A DNA stretch of 64,000 bases. Source: Macrostomum lignano. Lineage: Eukaryota. A program made the position numbers and the translations under genes. Positions 24,431 to 36,852 of the stretch are shown here, piece after piece; position 1 is the stretch's first letter; each line of letters begins with the position of its first letter. Where the stretch lies: positions 1 through 64,000 of the forward strand of contig NIVC01000903.1 in the NCBI GenBank assembly GCA_002269645.1, given 5' to 3'. The notes below the pieces were generated by a model, which was not told the DNA's origin, searched no databases, and was given only the letters and a program-made list of their open reading frames with translations.

Positions 24431-24850
24431 AAGCAATTGACAACAGCAACAAGCAGAGAAGCGAACACACGCATATAGGAGGCAAAAATAAAAGCCAATG
24501 ATATGCCGATAAAATTTTTGTTTAGAAAAAAATATCTGTCCATCAGATGCCTATGCAGAAGCGAAATAGATGCAGCTAACCGTTGGAATTGTTTTATCGG
24601 AGTGGACGGAGTCAATCTTAGCATGCCAGTAGTGTGCGATGCAAGCTATAAACACGAATGCGTCTGTGCGAGGGCAGAGTTTTCGCATTGCAGAATTATC
24701 TAACAAAGGAAGCTTAAATGGAGGGAGGGACGTTAAGCCGAGTGAATTATTAACGGATTAAAAGCGCTTCACAGCCGTATCACATGTAATTCCAATTGGA
24801 ATGTGGCGCCACAGAATCCGGTTCGGGCCATAGATTCTTAGTGTAGAAAT

Positions 24851-25556
24851 CAGGGATCGGCAAAGTCCTGTCGGCCAAGCCTCTCAATTTGACCTGCTCT
24901 GGGTTTGTGTCTCATATCAGCTCTGCTCTCTTCTCTCCCCCCTCTAGTCTCTAGTCTCGCCTCTCTCTTTTCTCTTCTCTATTCTCTCTCCCCTCTTTTC
25001 TCCCGCCTCTACTCTCCACCTCTTCTCTCCCCTCATCTCTCTCTCCCCTCATCTCTCTCTCCCCTCTTCTCTCCCCCCTCTTCTCTCCTTCTCTTCTCTC
25101 TCCCATTCTTCTCTTCATCTCTCTACTCTCTTCATCTCTCTACTCTCACCTCTTCTCTCTCCCCCTTCTCTCTCTCCCTCTTCTCCCCCCCTCTTCTCTC
25201 TTCCCTCTTCTCTTCTCTCTCCCATTCTTCTCTTCCCCTCTCTACTCTCTACCTCTCCCATCTTCTCTCTCCCCTTTCTCTCCCCCCTCTTCTCTCTTCC
25301 CTCTTCTCTTCGCCTCTACTCTCCACCTCTTCTCTCCCCTCATCTCTCTCTCCCCTCTTCTCTCCCCCCTCTTATCGCTTCATTCTCCGCTCTCCTCTCC
25401 TCTCTCTACGAGCGTACTCTCCTTTCATCTCTCATTTGAGCATTCTCATTCCTCTTTTTCTCCTCTGTTCCCTCTCCTTTCCTCTCTCATCTGACCCACA
25501 GCCATGAGCTAGATTTTTTGGTTAGCCCTGGAGATAAAATAGTTTGCCAACCCTTG
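24851..25556 (-). mobile_element. hAT/Charlie-like MITE with a ~600-bp CT-rich core (same family as 40181-42542, opposite orientation)
   Basis: Ends are CAGGGATCGGCAAAGT and AGTTTGCCAACCCTTG. Subterminal GGGTTTGTGTCTC..CAGCT and TTTTATCTC.AGGGC..CATGGCTGTGGG are shared with the 40181 copy. No intact TSD. Confidence 0.75.
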
Positions 25557-25934
25557 GAATAAAATCACACTTTTTAGGCGAACAAAAATATTATCGACAC
25601 TCGCAAAAACGTGAAGTTTACTGGTAAAAAAGGATCAAAACAGACAAATAAATACAACAATTAAGTAACATTTTACACTAAAGAAGCGATGCAAAGTACT
25701 TTTATACTACTGAAAATAGGCTACACTTAGTTACAAATAAGCGAACGACTAATTCTGCTGATTCGTCCATGGTATATGCATGGTCTTCTGTTAATGGATT
25801 TGCTGTCTGTTAGTTTAAATTTGTTGGTCAGCTCGACATTTGTCTTATTGCAAAATCAGAGGCTTGTCATCTATGAGGTTCCCTAAGAAGATAACTATTT
25901 TAGAGGTCTGCTATTATCCCAGAAGATTTGAGGG

Positions 25935-26430
25935 CTGCTATCTAAGAGAGCTGCTATCTAAGAGATTTGCTATCTAAGAGAGCTGCTATCTAAGAGAGCT
26001 GCTATCTAAGAGAGCTGCTATCTAAGAGAGTTGCTGTCTAAGAGAGGTGCTATCTAAGAGAGCTGCTGTCTAAGAGAGGTGCTATCTAAGAGAGGTGCTA
26101 TCTAAGAGAGCTGCTGTCTAAGAGAGGTGCTATCTAAGAGAGCTGCCATCTAAGAGAGCTGCTATCTAAGAGATTTGCTATCTAAGAGAGCTGTTATCTA
26201 AGAGAGCTGCTATCTAAGAGAGTTGCTGTCTAAGAGAGGTGCTATCTAAGAGAGCTGCTATCTAAGAGAGGTGCTGTCTAAGAGAGGTGCTATCTAAGAG
26301 AGCTGCTATCTAAGAGAGGTGCTATCTAAGAGAGGTGCTGTCTAAGAGAGGTGCTCTCTAAAAGAGTTGCTGTCTAAGAGAGTTGCTGTCTAAGAGAGGT
26401 GCTATCTAAGAGAGCTGCTATCTAAGAGAG
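25935..26430. repeat. Minisatellite, 16-bp unit CTGCTATCTAAGAGAG
   Basis: Directly visible. Confidence 0.95.
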
Positions 26431-26837
26431 CAGACCTGTCACGCACAAGGAATCGCTGACTGCACATCCCGATGAAGAAAGCATTGGTTAGCAACCTCGC
26501 CAAGGCAAAAACGAAGAACAAATGAAAAGGCACGCGGGACTGTCCAGCAATAAAGCAATTTGCGTAAGCTACTAAGAAACTGCAACCGACTGCAGCTGGC
26601 GAAAGCAGGCGAGCGAGAAAAAAGCAGACAAAAAGTGCACAAAAAAGTGGAAAATTCAGGACGGAATTGTTTTGCAACAGTTTTTGTTTTAGCTTGGACT
26701 GTTTTAGGGAAGTAAAAAACACAGAATAAAGGTGAAGAGACACGCGATGTTTTAAATAAGAAATTTAGGCTTCTATGGTGATTAGCAAGAACTCGAGAGG
26801 TGAGCAATATTAACGCTATCAATCTTCGAGCTGTCAA

Positions 26838-29800
26838 TCAGAGCGGCTCGAACTGGCTCTGGTGCCGGCGGAGTCGCTTCAATAGGTGAGTCCCAATGTA
26901 GGCAAAGTCGGACTCCCACACGTCCTGCAGGTGTTGGAACGTGTCCTCGTCTGACCCGGCGGCGAGGCGGTTCGATTCCTCTACGGCCTCCTCATCTGTG
27001 AATGGACAGATAATCAATTATTCCACCCACATCCTACTTTAGTAATGTATTGTACTTTCAATGCTTGTCTCTTAAAAAATCAGTTATAGATATTTATCTC
27101 GGAAGTATCCAACGATTGCTTGAAGCTTGAATATGATTGTGGTTTTCGGTAAATCTTTGTCTGGGCCCTGTTGCACAAAGACATTGTAAGGATTCGCCAG
27201 TCCAGCAGAGACACTCACCGGTGAAGAGTTCCAAGCAGCTGATGAGCTCCTGTGCGGTCTGCTCGCTGCCGAACGAGTCGGCGCAGCTCGTCATGCCCTC
27301 GGTGAAGTTCCACAGGGCCTGACAGATGACGCAGGCCAGCTGCCAGTCGCTCTGGCCCAGATCTGTCAGAGCTGAGATCAGCCTGAAAGGCCAGTTTCAT
27401 GCGGGGTTATGATCCCAGCTGAATGAGTGGGTGGGAGAGTGGGGTTGGGGGAATGGGGTTGGGGGAGTGGGGTTGGGAAAGTGGGGTTCGGGGAGTGGGG
27501 TTGGGGGTGTGGGGTTCGGGGAGTGGGGTTGGGGGAGTGGGGTTCGGGGAGTGGGGTTCGGGGAGTGGGGTTCGGGGAGTGGGGTTGGGGGAATGGGGTT
27601 GGTTGGGGAGTGGGGTTGGGGGAGTGGGGTTGGGGGAGTGTGGTTCGGGGAGTGGGGTTGGGGAGTGGGGTTTAGGGAGTGGGGTTCGGGAAGTGGGGTT
27701 GGGGGAGTGGGGTTCGGGGAGTGGGGTTGGGGGAATGGGGTTCGTTGGGGGAGTGGGTTGGGGAGTGGGGTTGGGGAGTGTGGTTCGGGGAGTGGGGTTG
27801 GGGAGTGGGGTTGGGGGAGTGTGGTTCGGGGAGTGGGGTTGGGGGAGTGGGGTTGGGGAGTGGGGTTGGGGGAGTGGGGTTGGGGGAGTGGGGTTGGGAG
27901 AGTGGGGTTGGGGGAATGGGGTTCGGGGAGTGGGGTTGGGGAGTGGGGTTGGGAGAGTGGGGTTAAAGAGTGGGGTTGGGGGAGTGGGGCTAGGGGAGTG
28001 GGGTTGGGGGAGTGGGGTTGTGGAATGTGGATTGAGAAATTATTGTTGGGGAAATACGATTGGGGAATTAAAGTTTGAAAATCAGGGTTAGTGTGTGGTG
28101 GTTAAGAAATGGGATTTAAAAATGAGGGAATTGAGGTTGAGACACTTGGGTACCTCGTATTGGTCCATCGCATCCTCTAGAACTCACTTCTCGACTCCTC
28201 CATCTTTCTTTAGCACCTGGCGCTTGTCGGGATCGGCCACCAGATTGAGCAGGATCCCGGCCGCAGAGTACACGGCCTCGTGACTCGAATCCAACAGAGT
28301 AATTAACACCTGGTTTTGCAGGGAAAGGCAGTGACAGCACTAATCAGGCTTCGAATCGGAATTTCAGGAAACGTAGAAAAACCGCGGGAAACGGTTTATT
28401 GGAACTTTGGTTCAGGCCGATCAGGCGCTGATACGCTCATATTCAATATCAAAGTAATGCACCATTTACCTGCCCCTGACCGCTTTATCGATCGCCCCAC
28501 TCCCTTCTTGACTCACCGATGCTAGCCACTCACCCCTTTCCTACCCCCCCCATTCCTTACCTCTAAATATTTCATTGGAGCACACAGGTGGGGCGTTTAC
28601 ATTTTGCGCCGGGTTGCCACCATAAACACGAAAAATCACAACTCCGAAAGCACTTTCTATCGTAAATCCGAAATATCATACAGACATAACCGCGAAAGTG
28701 CTCGCAACGCCCAACGTTATTTTGGTTTTCGAAGTTATGATATTTCAGGTTTGTGATATTTTGGGTTTGTGATATTTCGGGATTGTGATATTTCGGGTTT
28801 GTGATATTTCGGGTTTGTGATATTTCGGGTTTGTGATATTTCGGGTTTGTGATGTTTCGGGTTTGTGATATTTCGGGTTTGTGATATTTCAGGTTTGTTA
28901 TATTTCGGGTTTGTGATATTTCGGGTTTGTGATATTTCGGGTTTGTGATATTTCGGGTTTGTGATGTTTCGGGTTTGTGATATTTCAGGTTTGTTATATT
29001 TCGGGTTTGCGATATTTTGGGATTGTGATATTTCGGGTTTGTGATATTTCGGGTTTGTGATATTTCGGGTTTGTGATATTTCGGGTTTGTGATATTTCAG
29101 GTTTGTTATATTTCGGGATTGTGATATTTCGGGATTGTGATATTTCGGGATTGTTATATTTCGGGATTGTGATATTTCGGGATTGTGATATTTCGGGATT
29201 GTTATATTTCGGGATTGTGATATTTCGGGATTGTGATATTTCGGGATTGTGATATTTCGGGATTGTGATATTTCGGGTTTGTGATATTTCGGGTTTGTGA
29301 TATTTCGGGTTTGTGATGCCCCCTTTTTGCGCCTTCTACTCTAATAACCGGCTGCTTTAACAAAAAGCCCCTCACCTCATCGATGCGGCTGGTCACAATC
29401 CAGTCGCGTACGGCCTTCTCTCGCGACAGATTGCCGAACGGCCGGATTGCCTCCACAAGCAAGTCAGTGTCAGCGCGCTGAATCAGCAGTGACAGGGCTG
29501 CAATTCCAAGGTAAGAGTCTTCTTTTGTTTCATTTGATCTCGTACAGGTCAAACTGTGCCACAGAAACTCACCCTGAGCAACGCGCAGCATCCGTTCCGG
29601 CATATCGGACGCCAGCTCGGTTGACATGTAGTAAGTGAGATTGTTTATTGCCGCCACAGAGTTGCTGACCAGTTCGCGGTTGTCCGCAATCGACTTGCTC
29701 TCTGCGCAGTTCGGTAGGTATTCGGTAGGTTACTAACTAACTAACTAACTGACTAACTAACTGACTGACTGACTGACTGACTGACTAACTAACTAACTAA

Positions 29801-29848
29801 CTAACTAACTGACTGACTGACTGACTAACTAACTAACTAACTACCTAC

Positions 29849-29881
<33 letters not shown>

Positions 29882-29887
29882 GAACTG

Positions 29888-29920
<33 letters not shown>

Positions 29921-29972
29921 ATAACTAACTAGCTAACTAACTAAATAACTAACTAACTAACTAACTAACTAC

Positions 29973-30006
<34 letters not shown>

Positions 30007-30015
30007 GACTAACTG

Positions 30016-30058
<43 letters not shown>

Positions 30059-30067
30059 GACTAACTG

Positions 30068-30111
<44 letters not shown>

Positions 30112-30112
30112 C

Positions 30113-30149
<37 letters not shown>

Positions 30150-30175
30150 CAACTAACTAACTAACTGACTAACTG

Positions 30176-30242
<67 letters not shown>

Positions 30243-30259
30243 GACTAACTGACTAACTG

Positions 30260-30307
<48 letters not shown>

Positions 30308-30308
30308 G

Positions 30309-30341
<33 letters not shown>

Positions 30342-30352
30342 GAACTGACTAG

Positions 30353-30385
<33 letters not shown>

Positions 30386-30396
30386 GAACTGACTAG

Positions 30397-30450
<54 letters not shown>

Positions 30451-30451
30451 G

Positions 30452-30544
<93 letters not shown>

Positions 30545-32930
30545 TCAACTAACTAACTAACTAACTAACTGACTAGCTAGTGGCTAATTAAATTTAAACT
30601 CACCGACAAAGGTGACCAGCAGCCTCAGACAGGTCCTGGAGCCGGCGCACATGCGGCCAACCTCGGCCGAGATGGCGGCATTGGCCAGCAAGCGAACGAG
30701 CTTCACCAGGCAGTCCCGCACTTTGCCGGGATCTCGCCTTGGCGCCGGCTGACTGGCTTCGCCGCTCGCGGCTGCTGCTGCTGCGGCCTCGCTCTCTTGT
30801 TGGTAGAACTTCAGCACGGCCAGCACGCTATCCAAGGCCGGCTTGTCCGGGAACATCGCCGTCCTGGCTTCCTCTGCCCGGCCGGCCAGGTTGCCCAGCA
30901 CGAAGGCCAGTCGGAGCACCAGGTCCTCGCGTGACCGGTGCCTGGCCAGCAGCTCCCGGGCCGCCGAGGGCAGCAGAGCGCTCTGGCCGCTGCTACCAAC
31001 GCCTCCGCCGCCATCGTCGTTGCTGCAAAGCGCCGCGCAGACGTCCGCGTGCTGTGACAGCTTCGACAACAGACGAGAGGCGTTCAGCTGCAGTTCGTAG
31101 TCGGCCGGGTACTGCTGCATGGCCGCGCAGACACCCGCCAGGCAGGCCGGAGTGGCCACGAACTGCTGCCGGGTGCCCGGCTGCTCGGCCAGGTTGCGGA
31201 GGGAGCCGAGGACCTGCACCTGGAAAGGGGAGTGAAAATCCGTGTCAAGGCTCGACTGATGATTCAATGTTTGACAGTCAGGGAGGGCGGATGATTCAAT
31301 GTCTGACGGTCAGGGAGGGTGGATGATTCAATGTCTGACAGTCAGGGAGGGCGGATGATTCAATGTCTGACGGTCAGGGAGGGTGGATGATTCAATGTCT
31401 GACAGTCAGGGAGGGTGGATGATGATTCAATGTCTGCTAGTCAGGAAGGGTGGATGATGATTGAATGTTTGACAGTCAGAGAGGGTGGATGATTCAATGT
31501 CTGACAGTCAGGGAGGGCGGATGATTCAATGTCTGACGGTCAGGGAGGGTGGATGATGATTCAATGTCTGCCAGTCAGGAAGGGTAGATGATGATTGAAT
31601 GTCTGACAGTCAGAGAGGGTGGATGATTCAATGTCTGACAGTCAGGAAGGGTGGGTGATGATTCAATCTCTGACAGTCAGGGTGGATAAAAATTGCACCA
31701 TGAGGATCAGAGAGGGTGATAATCAAGTCCAGGGGATCAGGGAAGGCGGAACTATCCAACTCACCAGCACGTGTGCCAGGGACTCAGCTGCTCGCCCGCC
31801 AGTCTGCCTGTTCCACTCGACGGCCCGTCCGAGGCAGGTGGTCAGGGCTTCAAAGCAGCCGCTTCGTAGCAGCTCGCGGACACGCCAGCGGCGCCGCCGG
31901 TGAGGAACTTTAAAGCGCCGGCCAGGTAGACCAGGGCCTCGTGGCTGGCGGCCGGGTCGGCGCCGGCCAGGGTGTCGCTGATGCCGGCCAGCAGGCCGGG
32001 CTGCGCCAGGAACAGCGCATCGTTGGCCTCGAGCTTGGCCACACGGAACAGCAGCTTGGCCACGCAGGCAAGGTTGCCGGCCGAGACGCGCATGTCCAGG
32101 CAAAGGCCGGCCAAGGCCAGCTGGAGGCGCGGCTGCGGCCAGTCGAGCAGGCGAAACACGGCGCGAAGGATTCGGGAGCGATGGCGCCGGCAGTTGCGGC
32201 CGAGCATCCCGGCTGCCTGCAGCTCCGAGTGCAGGTGACGGACGAGCTCCAGAGTGTTGTCCGCGGACTCCGGGGTCTGCTCGGCCACGCTGAGCAGGTC
32301 GACAGCGGGGGCCAGGGTCTTGTTGAACCACTCAGTTTCGGCGTCCTCACTCATCGCCGGCGGCTGCGGCGCCGAGTCCCGACGCCGGCCGGGGTCGCCA
32401 GCCGCTGAGTCCTCAGCGGGCAGCTCGCCAACGGAGCCGTTGCGCTGAACACGACTGCCGGCTGAGGAGCGATGCGGCTGCTGGGAGCTCCGCTGCTGCT
32501 CCGAGGCTGAGCCGCGCGGCCGGCGCCGCTCCGCCGACGGTGGCTTCGGCGGGAGGCCGCCGGACGCTTCGGCGCCGCTGCCGCTGCCGCTGCCAGCGCT
32601 ACCAGCCCGGATGGGGCTGAGCCGGGTGGCCACCGCGCTGCCCGACACCGGCCGGCTCTCGGATTCGAACTGCCGACCGCCCAGACTGACGGCGCTCGGC
32701 GGCCGGCCAACTGGAGCGGCGACGCCGGCGCCGATCTCGGAGAAGTCGGCGGACACCTGCCGGCTGGCGAAGAGCGACCGTTCGCCATCGCGCGGCGTGA
32801 ACGGGCGCTTAGTTTTGACCTCGCGCAGCCAGGTGCGCGTCTCCTCAATGATCTGCGCGCTGGTCGGGCGACTCTCTGGCGCCTCGTAGAACGGCTTCTC
32901 CTGGGCCTTGGACTTGCGCGAGGAGCTCAT
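26838..32930 (-). CDS. ARMC2: Armadillo repeat-containing protein 2 (ciliary/axonemal), 7 coding exons, one frameshift in the first
   Basis: Exons 32930-31765, 31219-30604, 29701-29573, 29497-29376, 28309-28188, 27382-27219 and 26995-26838, all GT-AG. ARMC2-typical segments: [128 protein letters not shown]. The frame breaks at ~31880-31883. An additional upstream exon is possible. Confidence 0.88.
27425..28025. repeat. G-rich degenerate repeat (GGGGAGTGGGGTT[G/C]) in an ARMC2 intron
   Basis: Directly visible runs of 4-5 G. Confidence 0.93.
28611..29324. mobile_element. Foldback/Mutator-like non-autonomous element with 16-bp subterminal repeats (GATATTTCGGGTTTGT) and 9-bp TSD
   Basis: TTTTGCGCC at 28602-28610 and 29325-29333. 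Ends are GGGTTGCCACCATAAAC and GTTTGTGATGCCCCC. The repeat array is expanded on the right arm only. A related copy lies at 50542-50979. Confidence 0.7.
29730..30578. repeat. (ACTA)n tetranucleotide microsatellite (~850 bp) in ARMC2 intron 2
   Basis: Directly visible, with ACTG variants. Confidence 0.98.
31245..31700. repeat. Minisatellite, 32-bp unit GGATGATTCAATGTCTGACAGTCAGGGAGGG[T/C], in ARMC2 intron 1
   Basis: Period 32 (31261 vs 31293); decays toward 31700. Confidence 0.93.
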
Positions 32931-35900
32931 GGGGGACGGCTTGGCTGGCTTAGCGGATTGGCGACCTTTGGCGTTAAATGCAGTTGTCTTTGTGGCTACA
33001 TGAACGATATAAGTAGTGAAATTGACTCTTTAACACATTTTAACTATTTAATTATAATAGTTTTAAAGTTTTAAATAACTTTGATATTTAAATGCTATAT
33101 TGAGCATGGGTATTATTGATTAAAATCTTAGCTTCCATTAATATCCAAAGCATTAGCATAAAAATTATTTTCAGAACAAAAACAAGAACAAAAGGTTAAA
33201 CAAAGTAATCTGTAAGAATTAAATAAAAATATACTGATTTTTGTCCTTGAAGACAATATTTTTGAAATGATAACACTGCTATAACTTTATTGACTGACTA
33301 TATTCAATTTTTGAAACTTTCTAAGAAACCACAGAATCTATCATTTAGTAAAATTGCATTGTAGCATTAGTAAAAAATGATTTCCCCTTTTTTGCAACTT
33401 TGGCATCTTAGGAAAAGTGCTTTAATTTTGAGAACCTAGGAATAATACCCCTTAAAAAAACTATCATACAAAGGCCCCTAAGAAAATGCCTATTTGAAAA
33501 CAAATTTATACCCCTGTGATATTGCCCTTGAAAAAGGATGGCACCCCTAGAAATGGTAGCCCTATTCTAAATATCTTATTTATTATTTATGAACTTTTAT
33601 GACATTTACTATTGCTAATATTTATTGTTAGAAAACTTTAGAATTAAAATCAAGAGAAAACTTTGCTCTTTTTGAAAAAAATGAATGCAAAATGTGTTGC
33701 TAGCAAGGAAAATTTCTATATAACAATAATTGTCTATTAACATTTATTAATGAAAGATCTCAATGTTTATAAACATCTATTCATTGATTAATATATATTA
33801 TTAGACAATAGTCCATAACATTATATAAATAGCTACTCACAATATGTCAATATTTATAATAAAGGATTTATGTTTTAAAAGGTTTCTTTATAAATAATCA
33901 AAGCCAAAGGCATATAGAATTTTCTTTTCAATTATCCAAAATGTTCAAATAGTTATACAAAATAAAGCAAGTTTATTTTAGATATTACATAAGCATAACA
34001 ATATAAACAATAATTAATATAACACTATTATGTCATGAAAATATTCTAGGATCAATTATTATTTTGTGAAATAATAATGACAATGTGAAAATTAGGGTAC
34101 ACTAAAACTAAAAGAAAATTACACACATCACAATGTCTAATATAATTCGCTGATTTTTCGGCGACAATATATTTAACATATTTGTACGTTATTAATGAAG
34201 CAGTTTTTTTGCTGTACAGCGGCGGCCTGACAACAGCGGCGACACATCACACTGCTCGTACTAGATGTATGTATCTACGCACAACAGCACCTACGACCAT
34301 GAAGTATAATTGTATAAACTATTGAAGAACGATTATCTATATGAAGTATTGTTTGTTGTGTAGAATCCTATAAACGTACAAAATATTGTTCGACAGTAAT
34401 AAAATATTTATTTCTATTCTATTTCATTAGAGATTCATTTGCGAAAAAGAAATTTACTGCAATATGCTGCTAATACACTTGATTATTATAGCCAAACAAC
34501 CCATGAAGGTAAACAACTTTTTCGTTAAAAATCAGCTGAGAATGCTAAGTTAAATAAGCATTGTGTTAATAAAATAACAAAGTGAAATACTTAAGACTTG
34601 AATTTTAGCTTTGAAAAATAACTAAAACATCCTAAACTTCATTTCTTTTTACTTTATACCCCATTTAAATATTTATACATTAGAATAATATCCTTACGCT
34701 GATCTTGGGGCCTGCGTCGCAGAAGAGCTTCCCAAAGCTAGCATGCACTCAACTATTCTACTAGTACTCAGTTCCGCAACTGGATTCCGGGGGTGAAGAC
34801 CCATAGGGGCACAGGGCAGGCCTATATTTTGACAAAAACTCGCTTGGCCTCTGGTACTTTCCGGGGACTGTCTCGGCAAAGCGGCGGCCTGAGAATGCAA
34901 ACACATCACACTGCTCGTACTAGATGTATGTATCTGCCCAAGTAGTCCTTGAAGTTCACGCGTTCAATAAATACACGTGTATGTATGTCCATAATTTAGG
35001 TATTGATTTTCAGTAAAATTTCAGCAGCCAAACCAATTTAATTGTTCGAGCTACATTTACATGCAGTATACGATAATTAATATAGTAGGTAATATAAAAA
35101 ACAATAAGCGTTATAGCGTTAGCAAAAACATATTTAGCCACATAGAATAATTTATATATTTGTATTAAAATCATTTATAGATAAACATGTACGACTTACA
35201 TGCTTAGATAGAAAATCAAAGAAATAAAGCAAAAGATAGAATATGTATTTAGTTTTTAGTACAAATATTTAAATACGTTAACGGGCGTCAGCATTGAACA
35301 ACCATAGAAAACATTGTTTCTTTGGCAAATTTTTATTAACTGGTGCACTGAGTTAGTTATGATACGAGTACGAGCGCACTAGTGCATGCCAATTAATGCA
35401 AAGTCAAAGGAAGGTGCCAATTAAATTAAGCAATTTCTAAAACTGTGTCCAGTTTGAATGCCACAATTACGAGTTAAAAAGAAGCATTAAAGCGGCTAGA
35501 AATGTAAAAGAGATCTGAGAGAATTGCATCAGAAATTATATAGCTTGTAATATGACTAGATTGTATCAGTATAATCTACTGTACATGGAATTGCAGTGAA
35601 AGAAAAGCTTTTTACCCCGAAAGCTTTCCTGTAAAAGCAGAAAAATCTGTGCTCAAAGTGGATGCAATAAAATATTTTAAAACGTATGCAGAGCTGTTTT
35701 TTAAGAAATCGTAAATCAAGCCATGAAGGAAAAAAATGAATTAAGCAGGCAACAATTTATAAGTAAAAAAGCGAAAATATTAAAAATATTCCACAGATAT
35801 ACCATAATTATAAGTAGAATAAGCATATAGTTTGGCATCCCAATGTCTGAAGTGCTGACTAGAGAAGAATAAAAATCACAGAAGTGCACGAATATGGAAA

Positions 35901-36852
35901 CTGGGGGAGGTACATGATCCATAGATTGCATTGAAGTTATTGAAATTTAAAATCGCGCACAAAAAAGTAAAAAGCAAATAAATAAACAATTAAAAGGCTG
36001 AGTATATTGTTTTATAAAAAGAGAATATATTTAGCGCATATATAGAACGCCATCGTCGCCGCGAAAAGTGAAGCTCATTCTGCGTCTGGAAATGGTCGAC
36101 TATAAGAGCGGTGCATTCCATAAGTCTTTTTCCTTTGAGTATAGCTCAGGCTGTAGAGGTCTGATTGCAAAGCAGCTTTCGACTGACGCTAGAACTTCTG
36201 TCTAAGCTTCTTTTCTTTTGACACCAAAGTTATATATTTAAGTGTGAATTAACCAGCTCTGAACTATTCGGGACTGTAACTGTAACTGTAGTGTCCATTG
36301 GAGTGCAATGTAGCGATTTGAACACCAGATAAATCAAGGCGAAGATTATTATAGCAGCCGCAAAAAAAACTTTGTGTAACCCGACAAACGAAGCGATGGT
36401 TAGTATACGCAGTCTTAGGAGGACCTTCGAGAGTACAATTCGCACATTGCGTGGAAAGCAACTGAACTGCTAACCGAAGACGCAGTCAAAAGTCTGAACA
36501 AAGCAACTGTAGAATAACCAGCGAGTTAAAAAAACAGTACGACAAAAAGATTAAGGCCCCAGCGACTTAATTTTGGCGGCCGTTATATAAGGTACCAGGT
36601 ATGTCTGTGGCCATGGAGTAGTCGACCATTTCCTCCAGCAAAATGAGCTTCACTTCTTTTGCCGGCATCGACGCGATATTGGCATTATATATAGTTGTAC
36701 TAAATACTCTCTGGTTTCATAGGGTCGTACATCCGAGGACAACAGTTGACGTGAGTAATAACCACAAGTTCTTATCATTGCTTAAAGTCATTTATAACGG
36801 GGCGAAGACTGCTAGTCTGATTTCTTTGAACCGTTGCACAAGCTAATCAACT

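Noticed and set aside
23600-24501. Periodic ORFs (YPTHYPL, VVCGIEW, etc.)
   Set aside because: Six-frame read-through of a 21-bp minisatellite. The same applies to ORFs at 27423-28091, 43187-45135, 46856-47689, 48272-48794, 54734-55102, 56945-57749 and 58128-58581.
25935-26430. Common origin of the 16-bp (GAGAGCTGCTATCTAA) and 15-bp (GAGAGTCTGAGATCT) satellites
   Set aside because: Similarity is limited to short words expected by chance.
30739-32889. Multiple overlapping plus-strand and alternative-frame ORFs
   Set aside because: Shadow ORFs of GC-rich ARMC2 exons; only the tail of 31723-32331 is real (the post-frameshift frame).
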